A stretch of DNA of 64,000 bases. Origin: the human T2T-CHM13v2.0 reference genome, Homo sapiens. Shown here in pieces: positions 1-11,274 of this stretch. The translations under genes were made by a program, and so were the position numbers. The stretch lies in assembly GCF_009914755.1 (NCBI RefSeq), contig NC_060926.1; one strand, given 5' to 3'. The stretch's first letter is position 1. Every line of letters begins with the position of its first letter. The notes under the pieces are model-generated. The model saw only the letters and a program-made list of their open reading frames with translations, searched no databases and was not told the DNA's origin.

Positions 1-233
1 CGGGCCCGGAAGACCTCGGGCTGGCCCCTAGTCCGCCTCCCTTAATCTTAAAGCTACAGCAATGTGGCAAGTGGTATTAGCTGTTGTGGTTTTTCTGTTC
101 TTTCTGATCGTGTTAATTCTGTTTTTCCGACACTCCAGCCCCCCAGGGAAAGAGTTTCTCTGCCCGTGTTGGAATCTTATATCTCTGCTTAAGACTTTGC
201 TAAATTGCCTTTAAATAATAATACCAATAAAAA

Positions 234-1565
234 ATGGGAAACACTTTCTCCCAGCCCTGTAAGGGTTGGAGCCCTCTCCAGTGTATGCTAAAAAATTTTT
301 CTTTTGGTTTCAGAGGATTATGGAGTCCGCCTTAAGAAAGGCAAGCTCCGGACACTCTGTGAAGTAGAATGGCCAAAGTTTGGAGTTGGGTGGCCCTCTG
401 AAGGGTGGTTGAATCCTATAATTGTTCAAGCCATGTGGCGGGTTGTTACCAAAGCTACCGGCCACCCTGATCAGTTTCCCTACATAGATGAATGGTTAAG
501 TTTGGTTAGTAATCCTCCTCCATGGATCTGTTCCTGCACCATTCACAATTCCACCTCCAAAGTCTTCCTGAGCCAGGCCACGTTTTTGCCTCGACCCTCA
601 GCCAGTTCGGCTCCCTCTGTACTGCCCACCTCTGAAGAGGAGAGTGTCCCTCACCCAGTCCCACCGCCTTACAACCAGCCTGCTCCCTTAGGGTTGTCTC
701 ATGTTTCCTCGACAACATCTCCTGTGGGCTCGCCATCCATTGCCTCCTGACTGCGACCACGGCGGGAGGAAGTAGCCCCTCTACTACCACTGAGAGAGGC
801 ACAAGTCCCTCCGGGTGATGAGCACTCAGCCCCCTTCCTGGTTTATGTCCCTTTTTCTACTTCTGACTTGTATAATTGGAAAACCCATAATCCTCCTTTC
901 TCTGAAAGGCCCCAGGCTTTGACCTCACTGATGGAGTCCATACTCCGGACCCTTCGGCCCACCTGGGATGACTGCCGACAGCTCCTTTTAACTGTCTTTA
1001 CCTTGGAGGAGAGGGAGTGTATCCAAATAGAGGCCAGAAAGCACTTCCTTGCATCAGCCAATAGGCCAGAGGAGGAAGCTAGAGACCTCCTAGAGGAGGT
1101 ATTTCCCTCTACTCGGCTCAGTTGGGACCTAAATTCCTCAAGTGGAGGGAGAGCTTCGGACGATTTTCACTGGTATCTCCTCGTGGGTATTAAGGGAGCC
1201 GCTCGGAAACTCATAAACTTGTCTAAGGCGATGGAAGTCGTCCAGGAGCCCGATGAGTCAACAGGAGCATTTTTAGAGCGCCTCCAATCGGATTTACACC
1301 CCTTTTGACCCGGCAGTCCCCGAAAATAGCTGTGCTCTTAATTTGGCATTTGTGGCTCAGGCAGCCCCAGATATTAAAAGAAAACTCCAAAAACTGGAGG
1401 GATTTGCTGGAATGAATGTCAGTCAGCTTTTAGAAATAGCCCAAAACGTTTTTGACAATTGAGAGTTTAAAAAACAAAAACAAGCAACACAAGCAGCTAA
1501 AAAGGCCGCTGATAAAACATTCAAAAGACAAACAAAAATCTTAATGGCGACTATCCAAGAGGTAC
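234..1565 (+). pseudogene. gag: HERV-T gag (MA-p12-CA), disrupted; NC missing
   Basis: ATG GGA AAC (MGN, myristoylation-type start) at 234. MA motifs LCEVEWP..GWP..G and HPDQFPYI. PPPY late domain at 661-672. CA motifs YNWKTHNPPFSE and PTWDDC, and MHR-like VVQEPDESTGAFLERL. Frameshift near 310, stop at 748 and a small deletion near 1289. Confidence 0.9.
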
Positions 1566-3350
1566 AGGATGAAATGGCCCATTAATTTGGGCAGACACAG
1601 AAGAACAGACTTTTGAAAACCTAAAAAAGGCATTAACTGAAGCCCCTGCTTTAGCCCTTCCTAATATCTCAAAGCCGTTTCACCTGTTTGTCCATGAAAG
1701 CCAGGGAGTTGCTAAAAGGGCTTGAGACTCCAGACTTTAAGACCCTGGAGATGCACAGTGGCCTATTTATCTAAGAGACTGGATCCTATGGCCTCCAGAT
1801 GGCCAAGTTGTCTGTGAGCTGTAGCGGCTACAGCAAGCCTAGTCCAAGAGGCTGATAAGTTGACTCTGGGCCAAAATTTAACTCTTACGGCTCCTCGTGC
1901 TGTAGAGGCTTTACTTCAAAGTGCTTCTGGCAAATGAATGTCAAATGCTCGCATCCTGCAGTATCGGAGTTTACTGTTAGATCAGCCTCCTTTGACTTTC
2001 TCTCTTATGTGGTGTTTAAATCCAGCTACTATCCATGACTGTCAAGAACTGTTAGAAACCACCGAAACTGGCCGACCCGACCTTCAAGATGTGCTGCTAG
2101 AGAAGGTGGATGCCACTGTGTTCACAGACAGTAGCAGCTTTCTCAAGCAGGGAGTACGAAAGGCTGGTGCAGCTGTTACCACGGAGACAGATGTTTTGTG
2201 GGCTCAGGCTTTACCAGCAAACACCTCAGTGCAATAAGCTGAATTAATCGCCCTCACTCAGGCTCTCCGATGGGGTAAAGCTAAACGTATTAACGTTTAC
2301 ACTGACAGCAGGTACGTCTTTGCTACTGTGCATGTACGTGGAGCCATCTACCAGGAGCACGGACTACTCACCTCAGCAGAAAAGACTATCAAACACAGAT
2401 CAAGCAGCTCTCTGGTGCACAGCCTGCGCCCAGGTAAATGCCAAGCAAGGTCCTAAACCCAGCCCAGGCCACCGTTTCTGAGAAAACTCACCAGAAGAAA
2501 AGGAGAAAATTGACTTTACAGAAGTAAAACCACACTGGGCTGGGTATAGATACCTTCTAGTACTAGTAGACACCTTCTCCAGATGAACTGAGGCATTTGC
2601 TACCAAAATCAAAACTGCCAGCACGGTAGTTAAGTTTTTACTCAATAAAATCATCCCTCGACACAGGCTGCCTGCCGCCATAGGGTCTGATAATGGACCT
2701 GCCTTTACCTCGTCCATAGCTCAGTCGGTCAGTAAGGCATTGAACATTCAACGGAAGCTCCATTGTGCCTATCGACCCCAGAGCTCTGGGTAGGTAGAAC
2801 ACATGAACCACACCCTAAAAAACATGCTTACAAAATTAATCTTAAAAACTGGTGAAAATTGGGTAACTCTCCTTCTTTTAGCCCTACTTAGAGTAAGATA
2901 CACCCCTTACTAGGCTAGGTTCTCACCTTTTGAAATCATGTATAGGCGGGTGCCGCCTATCTTGCCTAAGCTAAGAGATGTCCATTTGGCAGAAATATCA
3001 CAAGCTAATTTATTGCAGTACCTACAGTCTCTCCAACAGGTACAAGATATCATTCTGCCACATGTTCGAGAAGCCCATCCCAGTCCAGTTCATGAACAGA
3101 TGGGCCATTTGTTCCAGCCAGGTGACCTGGTGTTTCTTAAAAAGTTCCAGAGAAAAGGACTCACTCCTGCTTAGAAAAGACCTCACACCGTCATCCTCTC
3201 AACGCCAACGGCTCTGAAGGTGGATGGCATTCCTGCTTAGATTCATCACTCCTGCATCAAAAAGGCCAACAGAGCCCAACTAAAAACATGGGTACCCAGG
3301 CCTGGGTCAGGCCCCTTTAAACTGCACCTAAGTCCGGTGAAGCCATTAGA
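1566..3350 (+). pseudogene. pol: HERV-T pol remnant: RT connection, partial RNase H, integrase; protease and RT polymerase domain absent
   Basis: Connection LKKALTEAPALALPNISKPFHLFV; RNase [28 protein letters not shown]; IN CxxC (CTACAQVN), [27 protein letters not shown] and GPY/F-like region. Many stops. Confidence 0.9.
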
Positions 3351-4368
3351 TTAATTCCTTTTATCTACCTCACTTGTTTGTTTTTGCCTGTTATGTCCTC
3401 TGTGCCTTCCTATTCCTTTCTCCTCACCTCTTTCACAACAGAACGTGTATTTGCAAACACCACTTGGAGGGCCAGTACCTCCAAGGAAGTCTCCTTTGCA
3501 GTTGATTTATGTGTACTGTTCCCAGAGCCAGCCCGTACCCACCAAGAGCAACACAATCTGCCGGTCCCAGAAGCAGAAAGTGTCAACTTTGCAGCAGGAT
3601 TTGGACACTCCGGGAGCCAAACTGGATGTGGAAGCTCCAAAGGTGCAGAAAAAGGACTCCAAAATGTTAACTTTTACCTCTGTCCTGGAAATCACCCTGA
3701 CGCTAGCTGTCGAGATACTTATCAGTTTTTCTGCCCTGCTTGGACATGTGTAACTTTAGCCACCTACTCTGGGGGATCAACCAGATCTTCATTCCATAAC
3801 TCGTGGTTCTCGTCCTAAATCATGAACTAAAAAGAATTGTAATCCTCTTACTATAACTGTCCATGACCCTAATTCAGCTCAATGGTATTATAGCATGTCA
3901 TGGGGATTGAGACTTTATATCTCAGGATTCGATGTTGGAACTATGTTCACCATCCAAAAGAAAATTTTGGTCTCATGGAGCCCACCTAAGTCAATCAGGC
4001 CTTTAACTGATCTAGGTGACCCTATGTTCCAGAAACACCCTGACAAAGTTGATTTAACTGTTCCTCCACCATTCTTAGTCATAAAATATACACTCCAAAA
4101 GGTGCGAGAAAATCTAGATAGGCACCAACAAAAATAAAAAAATAACATCCCCTGGTATCAAAGCATGTTCAGCTGGAACCCATGGCTAACTACTCTAATC
4201 ACGGGGTTGGCCGGACCCCTCCTCATCCTACTATTAAGTCTAATTGTTGGGCCTTGTATATTAAATTGGTTTCTTAATTTTGTAAAACAACGCATAGCTT
4301 CTGTCAAACTTATGTATCTTAAGACTCAATATAACCCCCTTGTTATAACTGAGGAATCAACGATTTGA
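3288..4368 (+). pseudogene. env: HERV-T env, disrupted and internally deleted
   Basis: ATG at 3288 (MGTQAWVRPL*, stop at 3318). SU N-terminus in ORFs 3378-3818 and 3895-4137. Jumps from PFLV to IK..KVRENLDRHQQ at about 4080. TM anchor and tail in ORF 4165-4368. Confidence 0.92.
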
Positions 4369-4391
4369 TTCCCAAAAACACAAGTGGGGAA

Positions 4392-4916
4392 TGTAATGCC
4401 CAACCTTGTTTTTACTAACCCTGTTTTTAGGCTTTTTCCACCTGAATTGACTCTCCCTTAGCTAAGAGAGCCGGACAGACGCCATCTTGGCTCTTTCACT
4501 GGCAGCCCCTTCCTCAAGGACTTAACTTGTGCAAGCTGACTCCCAGCACATCCAAGAACGCAATTACTGATAAGATACTGTGGCAAGCTATATCCGCAAT
4601 TCCCAGGAATTCGTCTGATTGATAACGCCCGAAGTCCCGAGTCTATCACCTTGTAATAGTCTTAAAGCCCCTGCACCTGGAACTGTTTACTTTCCTGTAA
4701 CCATTTTTCCTTTTAACTTTTTGCCTACTTTATTTCTGTAAAATTGTTTTAACTAGACCCCCGTCCCCTTTCTAAACCAAAGTATAAAAGAAAATCTAGC
4801 CCCTTCTTCAGGTGGAGAGAATTTTGAGCGTTAGCCGTCTCTCGGTCGCCGGCTAATAAAGGACTCTTAATTCATCTCAAAGTGTGGTGTTTTCTCTAAC
4901 TTGCCTGGGTACAACA
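4392..4916 (+). mobile_element. 3' LTR of HERV-T (LTR6A/B type)
   Basis: Follows the purine-rich tract AAGTGGGGAA; TG...CA termini; TATAAAA at 4783-4789; AATAAA at 4855-4860; 525 bp. Confidence 0.88.
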
Positions 4917-5589
4917 TCAGAGCCTTCTGAATGTGAACTCACCTGTGGGAAGCCCAGGACACTGGAAAAGTTAGGCTCTCACATATATAAATACAACCCA
5001 ATATACTGACTGGAGCTGAAAATATCACTTATTCACACAAATGGGCAGCTCTTACGGGCAATACTGTTGCCATTAAAATGAGATAAAAGCAAAATGCAAT
5101 CATTTTTGAGGCAATACAGTATAGTTGAAAGAATCTTAGTTTGATCATTGGAAAAATATGGACTCTTATCCTGTTCTGGTGCCTACATGGGGTGGTGAGT
5201 AGGCAGTGAAACCTTGACAGCTTCCCATTGCTTTGCTTACCCAACTTCCTCCACATTTTGGACCTAGCCTCACTTTCTAGAATTTTAATAAATTACTTCA
5301 GTGTTTCCTCCCTCCTTTCCGTAACACCCGTTCCTACTATCACCAAGCGCACATATCCTAGTCTTTCTGGATTTTGTACTGAGCAGGCCATGCACTCTTC
5401 TGGCTCAGGGCTAACATGGGGTCAACTCTGAGGAACTGTTCTTTGATTTCTTGCCTAGTCATCTAAGCAGTGTTTTAGTGTCTTTGTCGAGGTAACACAC
5501 AGACATGAGATAAACTGACCTAAATTCCCTAACGCAAATAACTTGCATATTATGCGAGGACTCTCAATGAAATTAAACACAAATGGATC

Positions 5590-7795
5590 AAAGACAGTAG
5601 ACAGTGAGGAAGTATCTGACTGCTGAGGTAGTGCTGGAGTAGGAAAACTTAAACTGTAATTGACAAATTGCTGGAGGCCTGATGTGGACAAGTCTGTGAG
5701 TTAATGACTCTGCAGATGGGGGTGTGGGAGGCCACATTTTGTAATTTTTACTTCCTGGAGTTCTGCTAGGTTGTCATAGTGAAATCAGAGAAAAATTCCC
5801 TTATGTTTCCAGAAGGAATAAGGAAAAAGTGTCCAGTTTGAAATACACCAGAGTATTCTATTCTTAATAAGGCTTTCCCTCAAGAGAAACTATTTTACTA
5901 ATGCCTTCCCTACTGAGATGTCAAAAAAAAAAGAAAGAAAGAAAAGAAAAGAAAGCCTAAACAGCCTGTGGGAAAGAACAATACCCAAGTTCAGCTCCTC
6001 CAGCCATCCTGTCCCACCAAAGGCTTTGAAAAACAAAATAAAAGGAAAGGCATTTGTAAAGTTAGCAGCCAATGGGGCATAGGCTCACTATATAACTAAT
6101 ATCTAATCACAGTACCTCCCCACAAACCTCACCACTATGTTACTAAAAGCATATTTGCCAGAGTTCCTTTGACACAGTACATCATGTCCAGCTTTCAAAA
6201 AAAATTGCAAGACATATTATAGGAAAATGGAAAACAGGAGCCAGTTTGAAGAGACAAAGCAAGCTTCAGGACCAAACTCAGCTATGGCAGACCTGTTGGG
6301 ATTATTAGACAATGAATTTAAAATAACTATGATTAATATGCTAAGGGATCTAATGGAATAAGTAGACAGTATGCAAGAACAAATGAGTAATGTAAGCAGA
6401 GAGATGGAAATTCTAAGAAAAATCCCAAGAGTACTAGAGATCAAAAACAGTGTGACAGAAATGAAGAATGAATGAGCCTATTAGTAGATTGGACATGGCT
6501 AAAGAAATAATCTCTAAACTTTAAGATAGGCTAGTAAAAATTTTCAAAAATGAAAAGTAAAGAAAAAAGATTGAAAAATAAACACTACAACAGACTATTC
6601 TAGAACTGTGGGCCAGCTACAAAAGATGTAACATGCATGTACTATTAAAAAAAAAAGAGAAAAAGAGGAAAGAGAGGAACCTAATAAATTTTTGAAGCAG
6701 TAATGATGGAATATTTCTCTAAATCAATGTCAGACACCAAGCCACACATTCAGGAAGCTCAGAGAACACCAAGCAGGATAAATGCAAAATACAAACAAAC
6801 AAACAAAAGCGTATACCTGGTCATATTATGTTCCAACAACAGAATATAAAAGATAAGAAAACAAATCTTGAAACAAGACACAGGCAAAAAACACCTACCT
6901 AGAGAAGAGTAAACTTTAGCATTATATTCATCTCTTTTTCAGAAACCATGCAAGCAAAAGAGAGTGAAGTGAAATATTTAAAGTGTGGAGATGGAAATCC
7001 CAACTACCTAGAATTCTGTATCCTGCAAAATTATCCATTAAAAGTGGACAATCAAGGACTTTCTTAGACAAATAAGCATTGAGGGAATTTGTTGTCTGTA
7101 GACTTGCCTTGCATGAAGTGTTAAACAAAAAATAGCTCCTCAGAAAAAAAAGTAAATTGAAGTAGATTAGAAACTCAGGCCCATATAAAGAAAAGAAAAT
7201 CACTGGAGAAGAAATAAGTGAAGGTAAATACAATGTTTCACCTTTCTTTCACCACTTTTGTAAAAACAAAAATATGTATATTTGTTGTATGTATGTAAAA
7301 AAGTGGAATGTGTGTCCAAAATGTGTGTATAATGTATGTATAAAAGTGGAGTAAATGACAACAGTGATACAAGTGACAGGAGGGGAAAATTGGACAGTTG
7401 CACTAACTAGGAAGTAATACAGTGTTATTTGAAAAGGATGAATCAGCAAAGCACAGAGGACTTTTAGAGAAGTGAAATTATTCTGAATTGTACTATGATG
7501 CAGAGATATTTTATTATACACTTATTAAAACTCATAGAATGTACAATCCCCAAAGTGAACCCTAATGCAAACTATGGTCTTTGGGTAATAACATGTCAAT
7601 GTAGGTTCATCAACCGTCACAATTGTACCACTCTAGTGGGGGATGTTTATAGTGGGGCAGTGTGTGCATGTGTGTGATAAAAGGACATAAGGAATAACCC
7701 TCTTCCTCTTCCTCTCAAGTGTGTTATGTATCTTCCTCTCAATTGTGTTATGAACCTAAAACTGCTCAATGAAAATATTCTATTTAAAAGAAAAA
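5590..7795 (+). mobile_element. Old L1MC-type LINE: 5' region plus decayed ORF1, followed by the L1MC 3' UTR end
   Basis: ORF1-like A-rich sequence (cctagaattctgtatcctgcaaaattatcc, gagggaatttgttg). 3' end motif gtgaaccctaatgcaaactatggtctttgggtaata...tgtaccactctagtgggggatgtt. Confidence 0.75.
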
Positions 7796-8294
7796 TATCA
7801 AGGAAAATACACCACAGAGTTTTCTGGCTTTGGACAACAAGTTAGAATAGGTGTAGCACTAGTGCTGGAGATTTGTGTAAGATGTAATCTAGTCTTATCT
7901 AATCAAATGAGATGTAATCAATGTGGAAATTTTTAATTGAGAATATTTATTTGTTATCATTAGTAGTAATAGTTATAGCCTAATTTAGCCCTTTTGGAAG
8001 AAAGTAAGTGTCCTAAAAGATAGTGTCTTAGATTGGTTTGACTCAAGCCCTACTGCTGATGGACAGGTCATCAGAGCAAATGACCATTCATTCATTCATT
8101 GAAGAATAATTTATTTGATGCCTATGTAGCAGACATTTCTTTGGAAGTAAACTAGACACATGAACTTTTACTGTCTGAGGCTAAGCTATTTGACATTAGA
8201 CCAAATTTTTTCTCCCTCACTTTCAATTTCTACACCTATTAGAGGCATGTGCTCACTTTGGACTAGACTATATTTAAATTTTATCTGTGCTTTT

Positions 8295-8410
8295 TCTATG
8301 TGACTATATGTAAGTTAATTTGAGCTTTCTGAGCCTCAGTTTCCTCATCAGTATAATGGGTACAACATAACTTATTTCCTCAGGCTGTGTTGCAGTTGAA
8401 ATTAAGATAG
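8295..8410. mobile_element. MIR SINE fragment
   Basis: Core motif tctgagcctcagtttcctcatcagtataatggg. Confidence 0.75.
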
Positions 8411-8615
8411 CTGACCATTGGTGTGGTTGCTACTGATTCATTCCTGCTGACCCTAGGGATCCTATGTGGACCACCAATGGGTGCTACTTAGGGTGTGGCT
8501 CTTCACTCCAGAGAAAGGTAGGGGCATGGGTGGTGGAGGTCAGGATTTATAAGGTCAGTGTTAACATAGGACTTCACTCTGTCTTGGACTGCACACCAGA
8601 AAGGCCACTCATAGG

Positions 8616-11110
8616 ATGCACACATAGAGAGCAGAGCTACCGCCTAAGGATGAGACAGGAGCCCAGTTCTCATGAGGCAGCCACACCAGTGCGGTGGTGG
8701 TGGTGGTGTTGGTGCTCCAAGTTGTGGAGAAGCTGCAGGTGCCATGGCCACAAGCCTGCACCCTTAGAACCTATAGAAAAAAATTGAAAGAACTCTCTAC
8801 CTTGTCTATTATAGTAGAGATCCTTAAGGAGACTGAAGTTGAGATAATAGTGAATAGCTTCAGAAAAAATTACGAGCATTTTAGGAGCTTTGCCAGAGAT
8901 TCTGTGTGGCAGTGGAAGAAGTTCTTGTGCAATGAAACAGTAAACCTGATGAACTGGACTTGAAGAAGAGCAACTCCAGAAAGTGCCACAGGATTGCTCT
9001 TTAGAAGGAGGAGGAAATGAAAACTGAAAAGCCTCCAGTCAGACAGCTGAGTCCACAGACAGAAAAAACACAGAACACTCTCAGAGATTAAGCATCTCCA
9101 AAGCTTCTCAAAGTCAGAAGAAGAGAAATGAAAGAATGCGGTTTCACCAACCTTCACCAGCTTATCTTCAGACCAGGAATCTTCTGATTATGGCCGTGTT
9201 CGGACCCCATCATCTATCAGTCCTCAACCGCTGTCTGTGGACTATTAGAGATTCCTGGAGGAGGACCCATTGTTCTACACCAGAAACCTGGAAAAGGCCA
9301 CACTAATGCCCTTTAGGACAGATCAAGGGTCAGCCAAGAAGGGGCTGTGGGTCAAAGCAAGAAGCAAAACCTTTCCATAAGAAAAAGTACTTCATTGAGT
9401 GCAAGACTGATGAGAAGTTCTGCTTTGATCAGTGAGAAATCACATGGGCCCTCTCCAAAGATGAAAACCAAAGGCCACCCTCAGAAGATGACACAAAATA
9501 GAAATGACCCTATAGTGTCCCTTGTCTAGAAAGAGAAAGAAAGAGAGAACAGCAGCATCAAGACGGTTTTACCCCTCTTGGAGATTGCTTGGATAGATAG
9601 CCAGTGAGACTCCTACGTGAATTTGAGGAAGCAGATATGGATGATGAATTTGAGCAGCCCACCGTGTGTATCTCAGCCATCACTAGTCTTAGAAGAAAAA
9701 TAAAAATACCATGAAAAATTCAGACACTATACTTAGAAAAAAAAGTTGAAAGAATGATTCTAAAACCACGAGTAAAATTTGGATCAGTTCAGAAATTACC
9801 TAAGGTAAACAAAAATAAGTCAGAGAAGCTGCAGCAGTTTGAAGCTCATCCAGCCAAGCTGAAAAGGGTCCCCATACCAGTATCGCCTGACGTTCCATTT
9901 CTCAGGACACAGGCTGATTGCCATTCACCTCCATCCGTCTCCTTGACTCATGTCCTCCTTCCAACCAAAGTGAAAAAGCACTCTCTTCACCCTGGGAAGA
10001 AGAAGAAGCTGGATCTACTCTACACAGAATTAATTCTAACCTTCAGGCATGTTCGGGTTCTAAATATCCCACTCCTCCAAAATTATTAGCATGCACCAGC
10101 CTTGCGTCCAAATACTTAAAAGCATCAATTCAATCTTTGAAGTGGAATGAATCTCCTATTTTGTTCTAAAACACATTTTAAAAAGATGTATGCCTCATCA
10201 GTTATATCACCTACAGAAGTACAATCTTGTACCAGTTGAAGAAACAGATCAATTAATAAAAATTCAGTCATCAAAACTTTAAAATTCCATGAAAGGCTGG
10301 AAGATCATGAGTTATCAGGAAATGTACTTGTGTTTCAGGATGCCTGAGAGCAGAAGCTGTGAATGCTGATATGAATAGATATTCATCTCCACATGCCAGT
10401 TAGCCCAAGGGCTGACAAGCAAAAATTGACTCTGTCAACTCTGTGGCTAAACCACCTTACCATGTTTGAAGGGGGCAAGAGAAGTTTGGGACAGGAGGAG
10501 CAGCTGGTCAGCAAAAGTAGATTTTTGTGATATATAATCAAGTATCAGGCTGGAAAAAGCCAATGTATGTTACCACTTGCAAGTGATAAGCCATATCACA
10601 CAGGAAGCAGTCACACTTCCTCCAACAGCATCAGAAGCAGCAGTAGTTTTATCCTCATGCCTCAGAGACTGGTCTGTGCCTTCCTGAGCATCAGCAGTAC
10701 CCACTTGGTGAAGGCAGTCAGCAGCATGTGAAAGAAGATTGCCCTGATGATGGCTAAGACAATTCATGATTTCAAGAACAGATTCTCCCCATGGCAAAAT
10801 GGGGGCTTGCCTTGGAGATGGGATTTGCAAAGGAGAAATACAAGACAATGGGGGTTGGGGAATGGAGCTTCCAAAGGAGAGTAGAGTCTTTTGCTTTGTG
10901 GATTCTTTTGGGTTCTGAATCCTGCACCTTTGACCCTGTATTCCATAAACAGTCTCCCTGCCTGGACAAAGTGTCAGAATTCTGAAGAGGGGAAGCCTCA
11001 GTCTCATTGAGGATTTTAAGGTCAATTATGTTTTTATTGTTAGCTGGCCTCTTTGTCAACAATAAGACATAGTTTTAATTAATAAATATCTCCAGACTGT
11101 ATTTATACTA
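8616..11110 (+). pseudogene. Processed pseudogene of Elongin A (ELOA/TCEB3)
   Basis: Intronless and collinear with recalled ELOA: LQVVEKLQ..LSTL..IL.ET; DMDDEFEQP; SVQKLPKVNK.KSEK; SSPWEEEEAG; EETDQL; KFGTGGAA; KKIALMMAKTIHDFKNRFS (ends about 10795). Many stops and frameshifts. 3' UTR-like tail with AATAAA at 11081-11086. Confidence 0.92.
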
Positions 11111-11119
11111 ACAACATTA

Positions 11120-11272
<153 letters not shown>

Positions 11273-11274
11273 AT

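Larger units (their letters stand above)
1..4916 (+). mobile_element. HERV-T (HERVS71) class I endogenous retrovirus, defective provirus; 5' LTR and PBS lie upstream of the window
   Basis: Order is leader, gag, pol remnants, env, purine-rich tract, LTR. The env translation (FLPVMSS..SYSFLLTSFTT..VFANTTWRA..DLCVLFPEP..FYLCPGNHPDASCRDTYQFFCP; WNPWLTTLITGLAGPLLILLLSLI) closely matches recalled HERV-T Env (ERVS71-1). Confidence 0.93.

Noticed and set aside
8464-10169. ORFs in the ELOA region as a functional retrogene (like ELOA2/ELOA3)
   Set aside because: Many stops and frameshifts, a lost second ATG, an internal deletion and an insertion.
10570-11025. 151-aa minus-strand ORF
   Set aside because: Antisense to the pseudogene end and 3' UTR, non-ATG start, no recognisable homology.
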